Part shown: positions 29,605-40,900 of the stretch, in pieces
Layout of the letters: every line of letters starts with the position of its first letter
Numbering within the stretch: the first letter of the stretch is position 1
IMG/VR virus record: IMGVR_UViG_3300010397_000044
Span: 1 to 64,000 of that record
Source: a virus
Length of the DNA stretch: 64,000 bases
Reading direction: 5' to 3' (one strand)
Made by a program: the position numbers and the translations under genes
The notes under the pieces: model-generated
Told to the model about the DNA's origin: nothing
The model's database searches: none
What the model saw: only the letters and a program-made list of their open reading frames with translations

Positions 29605-30279
29605 ATGGCATGGTCGGTTGATGATATATACAGATTCACTAGGTTCTTATGCAATAAGAATCAGGCTGGCGGCATATCCGCAACAGACCTTTTTTATGCG
29701 TGGAACGGCGAACAAGCCTCATATCACGAAGACTTATTAGGCAGATGGCAAGCTAGGGCTGCTGACAAAACGGGTCCAAACATTGGGATGATTCAGGACG
29801 AGACCGTATTGCTTAAATTAGCCCCGTTCACTATTTTGGTTAATATTCCAATTGTTTCTGGCTATGCTCCATGGCCGTCTGATTTCATATACGGAGCCGC
29901 TCTAAGGATCAATGGGCAAAAAGTTTACCATTTCAATAAGGATGAGAGGTGGTCCATTGAAGAGGACGTTATTGATCCTCCTTCGATTGCAGAAAATTCG
30001 TACTATTACACTGAGTACGATAAAAAATTCCTAATCTTACCAACAAACGCTCCAAGTATTGATTTAGACTATATAGCCTCTCCGCAAGACATACAATGGG
30101 CATATACCTTGGATGGGAATAATAGGCAGATTTACAATCCGGCGACAAGCATTCAGCCCAAGTGGACAGCTAATACTATTATAGAAATAACAAAAAGAAC
30201 TTTAAAGGGGTTTGGCTTACATTTTTCAGACAAATCATTTGAAGAATTTGGCAATTCCAATATTATAACTGGAAACTAA
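29605..30279 (+). CDS. tail ring/adaptor protein
   Basis: NKNQAGGIS N-terminus; ~220 aa; position before the muzzle-like gene. Confidence 0.65.
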   Translation: MAWSVDDIYRFTRFLCNKNQAGGISATDLFYAWNGEQASYHEDLLGRWQARAADKTGPNIGMIQDETVLLKLAPFTILVNIPIVSGYAPWPSDFIYGAALRINGQKVYHFNKDERWSIEEDVIDPPSIAENSYYYTEYDKKFLILPTNAPSIDLDYIASPQDIQWAYTLDGNNRQIYNPATSIQPKWTANTIIEITKRTLKGFGLHFSDKSFEEFGNSNIITGN

Positions 30280-30932
30280 TGGCAATACCATACTCTAAAC
30301 GGATGTTGGTGCAACGCATTAGGAAGCATATGGCGGATGGATATCCGAATGACGACTTCTCTGCGTCGACCAATGAGATAATGCTATATGTCGATCAGGC
30401 GTTGGCCATGCAAATACGAGCAGCAGCATATGAAAATGCCAAGGTTGAAGGAGTGTTGGAAGTTCCAGAAGCATTCTTGGTCACCTTTCAATTGGATGCG
30501 CCAGTCTATGATGACTTTACCAATGAATGGGTGAGTACATTGCCCCAAACTCCAATTTCTCTTCCTATTGGGTATAGCATAAATAGCGGATATATCGCAG
30601 ATGTATCCAATGGAAGGTCTCAGGATATAATTTGGATCAAGGGAAAGCGTATTGGATACCGTAGGAACTTGCCTAAAATGGATGGCATATATGGACGTGT
30701 TGAGAATAATACAGTTCGGCTACAAGCAAGTAACTATATGTCTTTGCTGGGGTTGAATATTTTCATCCAGATGCCCTTCAGCAGAACAAAGGATTTGGAC
30801 GAACCAATGGCTCTCCCTGATGACGTTATAGATGCCATATTTATGCGAGTAGTTACGATGTTGAAAGATAGAATGTCTATACCGAAGGATATAATTCTGG
30901 ATGATTTGCCGGCTGGTAATAAATCAAGCTAA
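30279..30932 (+). CDS. tail ring/adaptor protein
   Basis: Size and position; ends ...PKDIILD. Confidence 0.6.
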   Translation: MAIPYSKRMLVQRIRKHMADGYPNDDFSASTNEIMLYVDQALAMQIRAAAYENAKVEGVLEVPEAFLVTFQLDAPVYDDFTNEWVSTLPQTPISLPIGYSINSGYIADVSNGRSQDIIWIKGKRIGYRRNLPKMDGIYGRVENNTVRLQASNYMSLLGLNIFIQMPFSRTKDLDEPMALPDDVIDAIFMRVVTMLKDRMSIPKDIILDDLPAGNKSS

Positions 30933-30934
30933 CT

Positions 30935-31675
30935 ATGACGACAGATATAAATTCACATATGCCGCTGAAAGAGATAGTAAGCTTTGCCATGGATGAAGTC
31001 CAATCATCTGAAGCGGCTTTTGATAGATATTGGCTATTGGCGTTCAGGGCACTTGTTAAATTGAAGATAAGTATGGCTGCCGAACCTGCCACGGTTAGGA
31101 TGCCGGTAAGTCCAAATAAGACTGTTCCTTTCCCTCCCGGATCAATTACATGGACGAAGATAGGTGTCTTGAATGACCATGGAGAACTTTCATCTTTAAA
31201 GATAAACAGGGGTTTAACTACATGGAAAGACACGAACCCTAATAGGTTGTCTCAGATTGGGAATGCAGATATTCAAAGTGGTTTACCATTTTTGCTGGAT
31301 AGTCCATATTTTTTCAATTATTATCAAAATGGCGTTTTTCAGCCTTTATTTGGCGTTGGTGGCGGACTCATTCAATATGGAAGTTGTACGGTCGATGAAG
31401 AAAACAGAGTAGTGGTTTTGGAGCCTGATTTTAGATATGATCACATATTTTTTGAAGGCATTTTCGCACCAGAAAAGAACGGAGATTATACGGTGCCTAT
31501 TACCTTGTTAGAACCTATTGTTGCATTTATTAAATGGAAGGACAAAAAGGGGACGAGGGAAGAGTTTATTTCTGAAAGTATAGAAGCTAGACGAAGCATG
31601 CCTAAGAAGAGAATGTCCTTACAGGTTATAAATCAAGTTTTAAGAGAGTCTGAAGCAATGAAGCTACGGTCATGA
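30935..31675 (+). CDS. tail ring/tubular protein
   Basis: Size and position; FPPGSITWTKIG motif. Confidence 0.6.
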   Translation: MTTDINSHMPLKEIVSFAMDEVQSSEAAFDRYWLLAFRALVKLKISMAAEPATVRMPVSPNKTVPFPPGSITWTKIGVLNDHGELSSLKINRGLTTWKDTNPNRLSQIGNADIQSGLPFLLDSPYFFNYYQNGVFQPLFGVGGGLIQYGSCTVDEENRVVVLEPDFRYDHIFFEGIFAPEKNGDYTVPITLLEPIVAFIKWKDKKGTREEFISESIEARRSMPKKRMSLQVINQVLRESEAMKLRS

Positions 31676-34600
31676 TAGATATCAAGCAATTCATAGGAGG
31701 CATGGATCAGGATAGCCCTAACGAGGATATTCCAAAAGGCTTGGTAAGAGAAGCCCGGAATATCTTTTGGCGTGGACTGCCGCCCAATATGCGTGCTGAG
31801 GGGATGCCGGGGACGAACATCATATCAAACCCATATTTGCCTGTAACCGGAAGTAATGTAGCCATAAAAGGATACTACGATGCGGTAAATAACAGAATCT
31901 TTCAATTCAACTACAATACTGCCGGGTTTCATGGAATTTACATTTTCTACACTTTATTAGACTCATGGCAGAGGTTGATGGAAGAGGGTATTAATGCAGA
32001 TAGTGGAGTTCTTGGGTTTAATAATACCATACGAATACATAGCGTAGATATAATCTATGGAGACGACGATAGTGGGGATTTGTTATTTTATGTAGACGCG
32101 CAAAAACGACCACGTAAATTAAACATCAATAGGATTCTGGCAGGTACATATCCTACTGTAAAAGACAGCTATATAAAGGTAATTAAGGCACCTCCCATTC
32201 CACCGCCTTATTGCGTTTATGAGAACGACGCAAACGTTACTTCCAATAACCTTGTCAATAAGCTTTTTAATTTCTCATGTTCTCATATATATGACGACTT
32301 TGAAGAGTCTGTTTTGGGTAGTGGGGCTAGACAGCCTTTGCCGCCAGACCCATTCGACCCTACCAATAACAGCCCTCAAACAAGATGCGCAAGAATTTCA
32401 ATCTATGTCCCAACGGGCGATGCCAATGTAAAAAAAATACGGATATATGGGAAACAGGTAAAAGATGGCACAACATCTGATTGGTTTGTAATTGATACGC
32501 TTATAAAGAGCGACTTAGGTATAGGAGATAATACAGTTTACAGATATTGGTTTTATAACAATGCGAGATATGTGCCTGCTGCTGCAAGCATATATGCCAA
32601 TAATAATCCGGTTGACGGTCAGTTGGACTATGACTATGTACCTTTGAAAGCTAATACACAGTCCTTGTTAAATGGAGACGTTGTGGCGTATGGTGGATTA
32701 ACTGAAGGGTATGATTATTTGAATCCATCTTTCGGTATTACAACTTCCAATATTGTTGCTCCTCAATTTTCGGCGAATGGCCTTTTGTTTTTTGCCGCTC
32801 CAAATGGACAATTCACAAGCGGACAGCCACAAATAACCATGTATCTTGTCGGCGCTGGCATTAATAATGGTTCTGGGGAAGTAACAGACCTTGAAAAAGC
32901 GCCAGCTAATTTAAACGTCCATGCCAAGTCAAACGGGACTAGCATAAATTTCACTTATAATAATCCGGGAGGGAATAGAAATATACCCACTTTACTATTT
33001 AATTTGAGAGGAGCTGCACAAAGTGCGGGGTGGATATTCGTGTCTAATACCGTGAACACACTAACCATGTATTATCCAACGGGTAATATAGTCCTTCAGT
33101 CATCTTATTACCAGGGTATATCAGCCAATGTTTCACCCTATGCCGCCCCCGTTTCTACTCATTTCCCGGAAGCTAATTACGCATATGGCGTTTTATATAG
33201 AGATATAGACGGTCGAACAAATGGCGTTATATCGAATGTGACTGGTAATGTCAGAACGCAATTGCGTGGAAGTGCTGGTCAGATACCGTACTTCCAAATT
33301 GGATTGGGAGGATTTACGCCTCCACTTTGGGCGGCTTATTATGAAATAGTCAGAACAGACAATCTTACATATGACTACCGATTGGATTGGGTCAGCGCAT
33401 CAGCATTTAGTGGCCTTGGTTCATTTAATAACTTGCAGTACGCCTACATAGGTGTTAACAATATAGCTGACTATAATTCTCAGATAAAGGCCAGCGAAGG
33501 CGTAGTAAGTTATGGCTTCAAACAAGGAGATAGAATTAGAATAACGGGCAGATATACCGCATCTGGCTCTTTTGTATCCTTAAATTACGATTATGCTGTT
33601 CTGGGGACTCAAACTCAAATTGTGGTAAACGGAGAAACCAAGACAGGCCTATTTGTGCAAATAAATTACCCAGCAGGAGATATTAGTGGTGATCCAAATT
33701 TGAAATTTGATGGAACCGATGACTTTCAGAACTATCAGATAATGCTATATAATTACAAAGCATACTCTTCTGATAGTCAAAACGTCTATTGGCAAATAGG
33801 GCAGCAATATGGTATAGGGAATCCCGCCACTCTTTCCGCCTATCACATGGGTAACGCTGGTGATAATCAGGTTAATCTGACAGACGGGGATGTGTTCTAT
33901 AGAGTTAGAAACGTGCCCATCATAAACTCGTATAGGGTACCTTGTGGGGCTTATACTCAGGGGACTACTTATGGGACAGAGTGGGTAGCTCCTAATTTAG
34001 AAGGATTTTTATTTGCAGATAATGCCATTTGGAGGATACGGGGGGGGGTGAATAGAAACGGAGGGCTGCTCCCTGCGCAAACACCATTTTATAGTGATGC
34101 AGATCAGACTGTTTGGAATAAATCAGGAACTCCTTTCAGTGTTAGGCTGAGGCAAACGGTATTTATAACCGATGTGAATGATCCGAATGGTCAATGGGCT
34201 ATGTATGTGAAGATTGTAGATTCGGGGGGAGCCGTAACAACTTACAATATATTACCTCTTAAATCAGGACTTGCAGAAAACATACAGAATGAATATTCAT
34301 TTGACTTCACTTTCTCTTTGCCGGGGAATAGTAAGTTGTGGATAATGGGTTATGCGGTGAATCAAATGCTGGTAGGCTTAGGAGAATTACAGATAGATAT
34401 CATAAGAACACGCACAATTAATGTTTTTGACTTCTCCTTTAGCGACATTTTTGATTTAAAGACTAATTCTGACAACAAGCCTAACGTCATCCAAACATAT
34501 TCTAGACAAACATTCTATGGGACTAAATATAGATGGGGACAAGTATACCAATTAGGGACATCCATAAACAATAGCAATCGTTTTTTCCCTTTGGATTTTG

Positions 34601-35691
34601 ATGAAATTGATAAGTCGGCAGGTCAAATACAACGGATGTATGCTTGGAAAAGAGAGCTTAGGTTTTTTCAAGAGCTAAAAACGGGCCATACAGGGATATA
34701 TGCCAAATTTATAAAGGACAACAATGGTGACAATACTTTAATCACAACTGATTCGATTATATCAAAAAATAATGTTGAGTATTTTGAAGGTCAATTTGGT
34801 ATAGGTAACCAGCCTTGTAGCCTTGTGTGTTCTGGATATCAAAACTATTTCCCAGACCCAATTAAAGGTCGAATATTACGTGTATCACTGGATGGAGTTA
34901 AAGATATAAGCGAGGAGTTTCGGTTGCTATCTTTTACAGGGCCAAACCTGCCTAATTACCTTAACCCATATAACTACCAGTTTGCAGGAACTTCCTGTAT
35001 AGTTGGAGCTTATGTATTTAATGAGGATAAAGAAGGGGAAGTGGTTTTTGGATTTCAGGGAGGCGTTAACCAAAGACTGGATTTTGTAGGCCCAGGCAGC
35101 AGCACTTTAACCTTTCCGGCTCACTTATTTTTCGGCACATCTTCTATATCCGGAACATCATTATCATTCAATGAAAAAAATAATTCATTTCAATCTTTCT
35201 ATGATTTTGTCCCTGATGAATTAGTTTGTGCGGGAAATCAACTATACTCCTTCTATAATGGTGTAATGTACCGACATGACAATACAAGCCAATATTGCAA
35301 TTTCTATGGGACTCAGTATTATCCTTCCATTAAAATGATCTTTAATGACCAGATGCCGATAAAGAAGACTTTCGAAACGATAGCCTATAAGGGTAACCAA
35401 TTTTGGGAAGCTTTTAATGTTGGAGATATAGTGACCAGCCAGCCCAACCCCCAAACTGGTTTGCCACAAATCAGCCAACTATTGTCCGTGGATACTGAAA
35501 TAAACGAAGGCGACTATTTTGCGGCCCTTAATAGGGACGCTAATAGTATGTCTAATCCGGCTATTGCCATAAACGAAGGCGACTATCTTAAAGGCTCTTG
35601 GATTTCGGTTAAATTGACATATAGAGGCAGCCAATTCGCTTGGATTTATTTACCTTTAATAAAGAACAATCTTTCGCCTAAAACACCATAA
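31672..35691 (+). CDS. tail muzzle/stabilisation protein (P22 gp10/crAss muzzle-like)
   Basis: 1339 aa, beta-rich; FIGGMDQD...EARNI N-terminus; LKGSWISVKL C-terminus. Confidence 0.75.
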   Translation: MIDIKQFIGGMDQDSPNEDIPKGLVREARNIFWRGLPPNMRAEGMPGTNIISNPYLPVTGSNVAIKGYYDAVNNRIFQFNYNTAGFHGIYIFYTLLDSWQRLMEEGINADSGVLGFNNTIRIHSVDIIYGDDDSGDLLFYVDAQKRPRKLNINRILAGTYPTVKDSYIKVIKAPPIPPPYCVYENDANVTSNNLVNKLFNFSCSHIYDDFEESVLGSGARQPLPPDPFDPTNNSPQTRCARISIYVPTGDANVKKIRIYGKQVKDGTTSDWFVIDTLIKSDLGIGDNTVYRYWFYNNARYVPAAASIYANNNPVDGQLDYDYVPLKANTQSLLNGDVVAYGGLTEGYDYLNPSFGITTSNIVAPQFSANGLLFFAAPNGQFTSGQPQITMYLVGAGINNGSGEVTDLEKAPANLNVHAKSNGTSINFTYNNPGGNRNIPTLLFNLRGAAQSAGWIFVSNTVNTLTMYYPTGNIVLQSSYYQGISANVSPYAAPVSTHFPEANYAYGVLYRDIDGRTNGVISNVTGNVRTQLRGSAGQIPYFQIGLGGFTPPLWAAYYEIVRTDNLTYDYRLDWVSASAFSGLGSFNNLQYAYIGVNNIADYNSQIKASEGVVSYGFKQGDRIRITGRYTASGSFVSLNYDYAVLGTQTQIVVNGETKTGLFVQINYPAGDISGDPNLKFDGTDDFQNYQIMLYNYKAYSSDSQNVYWQIGQQYGIGNPATLSAYHMGNAGDNQVNLTDGDVFYRVRNVPIINSYRVPCGAYTQGTTYGTEWVAPNLEGFLFADNAIWRIRGGVNRNGGLLPAQTPFYSDADQTVWNKSGTPFSVRLRQTVFITDVNDPNGQWAMYVKIVDSGGAVTTYNILPLKSGLAENIQNEYSFDFTFSLPGNSKLWIMGYAVNQMLVGLGELQIDIIRTRTINVFDFSFSDIFDLKTNSDNKPNVIQTYSRQTFYGTKYRWGQVYQLGTSINNSNRFFPLDFDEIDKSAGQIQRMYAWKRELRFFQELKTGHTGIYAKFIKDNNGDNTLITTDSIISKNNVEYFEGQFGIGNQPCSLVCSGYQNYFPDPIKGRILRVSLDGVKDISEEFRLLSFTGPNLPNYLNPYNYQFAGTSCIVGAYVFNEDKEGEVVFGFQGGVNQRLDFVGPGSSTLTFPAHLFFGTSSISGTSLSFNEKNNSFQSFYDFVPDELVCAGNQLYSFYNGVMYRHDNTSQYCNFYGTQYYPSIKMIFNDQMPIKKTFETIAYKGNQFWEAFNVGDIVTSQPNPQTGLPQISQLLSVDTEINEGDYFAALNRDANSMSNPAIAINEGDYLKGSWISVKLTYRGSQFAWIYLPLIKNNLSPKTP

Positions 35692-35693
35692 TT

Positions 35694-36443
35694 ATGTTTG
35701 GAGAAATAAGAAAATTCTATGATTTGGGGGATGGCCTAAGTGGTCTTTTGGGAGGTGCGGGTGCTGGCTCTGCGTTGGGGCCGTTAGGCGCTGTTGCTGG
35801 GGGATTGATCGGTGGAATTACTGGACTATTCCAGAAAAAGAAAGGCAATAAGCTATTAGATCAAAATGTACGGCCAAATCAAACCCTCCCAGCCGAATTG
35901 TTGGCTAACCAAGAGGATGCTAAGCAAATGGCCAATGAAGGACTCCCATCCCAGCAATATGATAATGCAAATAAAAACATACAAAGGCAGCAAGTAGCAG
36001 CAATAGGAAATGCTCAGGATAGGCGGCTAGGCGGAGCATTGGTGGGGGGCATACAGCAAAGAACTAATGATGCTACGGCTAACTTAGATGCAGCAGACGC
36101 AGACAACAGAAAGCAAGGGAGAATTAATTTGCAGAACGTGAATAATCAAGTGGCCAGCTGGCGTGATAAACTCTTTGACTGGAATCAAAAGCAGAAATAT
36201 ATAGAAAGGCAGAACTACGGGATGAGTTTATTGGGGGCTGGGAATGCCAACTTTTATGGTGGATTGGATAAGGTAACGAGTGGGTTGTTAGGAGGATTGA
36301 ACTATCTTAATGTGGGACGACAAGGACAACCTCAATCTCCTTATCAGAGTGAGGGTACTGGATTAGCGACTACCTCTGCTGGATATGTTCCCGGCAGTAA
36401 CACAGATGTAGTGCTAGACCCAAATGCATATTCAAGATTTTAA
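35694..36443 (+). CDS. ejection/pilot-like internal virion protein
   Basis: Gly-rich hydrophobic N-terminus and Gln/Asn-rich coiled coil. Confidence 0.65.
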   Translation: MFGEIRKFYDLGDGLSGLLGGAGAGSALGPLGAVAGGLIGGITGLFQKKKGNKLLDQNVRPNQTLPAELLANQEDAKQMANEGLPSQQYDNANKNIQRQQVAAIGNAQDRRLGGALVGGIQQRTNDATANLDAADADNRKQGRINLQNVNNQVASWRDKLFDWNQKQKYIERQNYGMSLLGAGNANFYGGLDKVTSGLLGGLNYLNVGRQGQPQSPYQSEGTGLATTSAGYVPGSNTDVVLDPNAYSRF

Positions 36444-36452
36444 AAATAAACA

Positions 36453-37943
36453 ATGGCAGAAGTAGGAGAAATTCCGGGTGGCGGAAGGCCTTGGGGAGAC
36501 GCTTTCTTAGTTCAGACACCGGCCTTGGACAGGTTCGCTGAACGCCAGCAGCAGCAGATGCAGCAACTAAATATGCAGCGTCAGCAAAGCGCTGTCCGGG
36601 AATCTCAGCAATTGGATGGATTGATGAATAAAGAATTGGCTAAAGTTAGAAGTGTTGATATCCCTTCTGTCTTTGATGCTTATGGCAAATATAAAAGTCT
36701 TAAGCAAGCAACTTTATTTGACAAGAGATTAACGTCCAATCCACGAGAATTAGCCAAGGCTCAAATGCAGGCTAATGCAGCCATGGGAGATTTGCAAGCA
36801 CTTATAAATAAAAGCACTCAATTGAATGATTTTCAAAAACAACTAGTTGGAGAAAGAAAAACTAAGTTTAATCTTTTTGCCGATGATTTTGGAGATAAAG
36901 TAAATACATTGAACAATACCCCTATTGACAAACTAGGAGAAGATTACACTAATCCAGATTTTTATAGATACAAAGGAGCCAATACAGACTTCGGTAAAAT
37001 GGAATTGACCGCAGCAGGTCAGCCTAAACCAACATTCGAAAAGGTAGAGCGGATAAATAACCTTCAAACCAGAAGAACACCTATTTTATTTGGGAATACA
37101 CCTACGCAGTTTTTTGAGACGTTCAAGGGGAATTTGTCACAAAGAATACCCAACAGAGACGCAGCAGCAGCATGGGAGAATATACCAGATGAACAAAAGA
37201 TAGCAGTAGATAAACAATTCGCCGCTATTTCGCCAGATAAATGGAAGCAATGGGGATTGGAAGATGCTCCAAATATACAAGCATCCAATCCAAATGACCC
37301 CGCTGAAAACTATGCAGCCTATCGGGCCAAATTGTACGCCATCAATGCTACCCCAAAACAAGGTAGATATAGGGACGAAACGGATCAGCAGGCTAAGTTA
37401 AATATGCAGTTTAATCAAAAATCTGCATTGGAAGCTATTAGGCAAAATAACAGGGTAGCACTCAAGCAGCTTAGTCACACGTTTAAACAAATGGATCAGG
37501 AGCAACAAGGCTCTAAACTAGATGAATTAGTTTCGGGTATGGTAGAGGATGCCAGAAAGTCTACTACAAAGGCATTTTATAAAACAGAGGATGGTAAAGT
37601 AGAAAGACGGCATATTATTAAATTAAGTCCTCTCCTTAAGAATCAATTCAAATTTAAAGATGATAAAGGGCATGATATTTATCCGGATCAGCTTCAAATG
37701 AATGAGGACGGCACCGAGTTTACGCCAGTATTCTACAATAGCGAAGGAAAAGAAATGAGAGGAGTAAATAAAAATCTAAGTCAGGCTATGACTGGACCGG
37801 AATTTAAAGCTATTATAGGTAAAGCTTTATTGGGAGTAAAAGAGGCAAGTAAAGGCGGTGTTAATATAGACAATAGCGATGATGATGAGCCATCTAAGTC
37901 AGCGGCTCCCACTCAAACTAAAAAGAAAATAGCAGGATGGTAG
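36453..37943 (+). CDS. internal virion (cargo) protein
   Basis: Helical, Gln-rich; located in the ejection cluster. Confidence 0.55.
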   Translation: MAEVGEIPGGGRPWGDAFLVQTPALDRFAERQQQQMQQLNMQRQQSAVRESQQLDGLMNKELAKVRSVDIPSVFDAYGKYKSLKQATLFDKRLTSNPRELAKAQMQANAAMGDLQALINKSTQLNDFQKQLVGERKTKFNLFADDFGDKVNTLNNTPIDKLGEDYTNPDFYRYKGANTDFGKMELTAAGQPKPTFEKVERINNLQTRRTPILFGNTPTQFFETFKGNLSQRIPNRDAAAAWENIPDEQKIAVDKQFAAISPDKWKQWGLEDAPNIQASNPNDPAENYAAYRAKLYAINATPKQGRYRDETDQQAKLNMQFNQKSALEAIRQNNRVALKQLSHTFKQMDQEQQGSKLDELVSGMVEDARKSTTKAFYKTEDGKVERRHIIKLSPLLKNQFKFKDDKGHDIYPDQLQMNEDGTEFTPVFYNSEGKEMRGVNKNLSQAMTGPEFKAIIGKALLGVKEASKGGVNIDNSDDDEPSKSAAPTQTKKKIAGW

Positions 37944-40900
37944 AGGAAGATGTTATAGAAGCTCCGCCTATAGGGGACGAACAAGCCCCACCAACCCCGC
38001 CACAAGATGCGGATGAAAAGTTACGTGCATTACATTCGGCTGTTTCGCATGATTATGATATTGGCGACTTTGATACTTTCAAGAAAAAACTACAAGACGC
38101 TTCCAAAAGAAAGGCTTTCTATGACGGTATTGGTAATGAATATCAATTAGGTAGCTATGATGATTTTGAGAAGAAAATAGGATTCGTAACACCGCCAGAA
38201 CATCACGTTCAACATAGTTCATTGCAGGATATACGGCATTTGAACGATATAGCAACCGCTCCAATAGATCTTCCGCAAGGAACGGCTGCGCCTATAAATA
38301 CAGACGAACTATATGCTACCAAAAAGAAAGAAAAAGATGCATTCGCCAGTCAATTAAATGCACAATCCAAGATGCTTGGCGATCAATGGGGCATTGATCC
38401 TAAAATAGCCAAACAAGCTGTAATTGACTTCCCAGATGAGAACGATGAGGAAAAGGTAAAGGGGTTTGCTCAATTGTATAAAGACAATCCGATTTATTAT
38501 AGGAGATTAAAGGATGAAAATGATATCAGAACTGCTATAGCAAAAAGCCCAACCGGAGGGATCAACGACGCTAATATCTACAATCATTTGCAAGATGCGC
38601 AGAACTACGATCAATTGCAGCACAATATCGGCATTCAGCAAGAACTAATGACTAAAAGTGGTCTAGGTCAGGAGTATTGGGAAAAGATGAAGCAAGCCAA
38701 GGCTCCATTGATAAATACGCTTGATCCGGGTCTCCTTCATCAATATTGGAATAGCCAAGATCATAAATTAGGGTTAACCGACTTTCAGTATGCCGGGCTT
38801 GAGACACTAAAAATGTTTCAGCCGGAGTTATATAAGCAATACAAGTCCATCATAATGGAGAATAAGGGATTGGATGAAGGCGGTAATCCAAGGCCGGAAG
38901 GACAAGGTAAAAAAGGGTATGAATATGATAGAGGGGTAGAAAATGTACTATACAGCATTGAAAGACAAGGGAGACAGAATACGGCTCAATATATATCCCA
39001 GCATCAAGTTGAGTTAGGGAAGCAATTGGAGAAGGTCAAAAATGATTATCAAACTAGGATAAATAATAGCAAAGACCCAGAAGAGCAAAAGGCATTAGTG
39101 GAAGAGTTTAAAGCCAATCCCCTTATAGCAGAAGCCGGTAAATTAGAAGAGGGCCAACAGGCAATAGACTACGCCCAAAGTGAAGATCAAAGGCGGTTCC
39201 CTTTGAATTATTCCGACATGTCCACTAAGTTGGTAAAGGATGCCATGGATGGCACAACCGGGTTGATAGGGAACACCGGAAAGTTCTTTGAGGGTGTCCT
39301 GACGGGAGCTGGCCAAGCTTCGGATAATACCATTCGGTTTATAAAAAACACGTTTGTTAATATATTGGGTTCGGAAAGTTCAAAAGCCGCCCAACATGCG
39401 AAGGATATAGGTCACCAATCTTTAACAGAATTAGCCAATTACGAGCCATCTTCTTATACAGGAACTCAAAGCCCCTTGCTGATACCCGATGACCTCAAGA
39501 AGTCGGTACAGACCATAATGGATGATAGCTCTTTGTCAAATGCAGAGAAGGAGCAAAATGCCATATCATTAGTCCGGGATAACTTTGATAACATAAAAAT
39601 CAATCCTAAGGCTGGTCAGCAAAACTTGACCGGGAAAGCGGCTTTATTCACTGCTGCGAACACTTTGGGTCAGATCATAGGCATAGCCGATCAGTCGTTA
39701 TTGATGGGGGGATTATTGGGTAATGTAACGAAGGTTCAACAATTGACGAATGCCTTAGTTCCTATGTATGCTTCAACGCAAAATCAACTATACGAACAGG
39801 CATTGGCTAGGGGGGATGAGAAACCGTTGCTAAAATCCAGTATTGACGCGGCAATTATCTCCCTAGCCTCACTTATCAATCCGGACTATAAAGTAATAAA
39901 AGGAATGGTAGGGGCGGAAACCGGTTTGGGTAAAGTTATCGCTGGTGTAGATGAGGCTACTTGGAATAAAGTGTTGTCCGAAAATTCCCCCATCGTAAGC
40001 AAGTTGATGGCCGGGACTAAGGCAACCGCGCGTCAGTTAGGACTTGCCAATCTACAATATGGTCTTATTGTGCCAACCGCCCAATACGTTGTCCATAAGA
40101 ACGTCTTAAACGAAAACGCTAATTTGGGCGACATGATATTGGACGGCATGAAACAAGCTACGATATCAATGGCTATCCCAGCGTTAGCGCATGGTATTTG
40201 GGGGGGCATCAGAGCTAATCAAGTTAATCCACAGCAGAAATATGCCTTAGTCGAAGCCGGATTGCATCCACAAGAAAATATTGACCTTATTAATGGCCAG
40301 ATTGAGCGTGGTCAAATCATGCCATCCGAAGCCGATAAAATAAAGGAAACCATAAAGCAGACAGGAGAAATCCTTAAAAATGGCGAGTTTATAAAGACGG
40401 ACGGCACTCCTATGAATGAAAATGAGGTAGCGGATGTAGTTTATAACCAGCTTCGTAAAAGAGCCTTAGATGGTAAGCTACGCAATGCGGCAGACCCCAA
40501 TAAGCCCCTAATTGAAGCCAAAATACATGAGATAAATCAGGATATATCTGACCTGCATACCTCCGACGAACAAAAGCATAAGACGGAACTAAATAAGTTG
40601 CTGACCGACAATTTGGATAGGATCAAAAAGAACATGCCTGCATTCGAAGGACCTATTAGAGATGCTATTGCAGAGAATCGGCCAGAAGAAGTCATGCAGA
40701 TGATAGCCGATCAAGCAACCGAAACGACCAAAGTTGATGGAAAGGAAGTTAGTTCAAGATCGGCCACAGAAGAAATATTCGGGAAAGAATTGGTTGCGAA
40801 GGCTATTGAAATATCAAAGAAAAAGCCTGAAAAACCAGCGAATATAGAGCCGGAGGCGAAACCGGCTTCTATATCCGTTATCCGTCCCGAACAAATCAAT

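Noticed and set aside
38050-38080. DYDIGDFD in the 1893-aa protein as an RNA polymerase DxDxD motif
   Set aside because: Spacing and context do not fit; it is part of an N-terminal repeat
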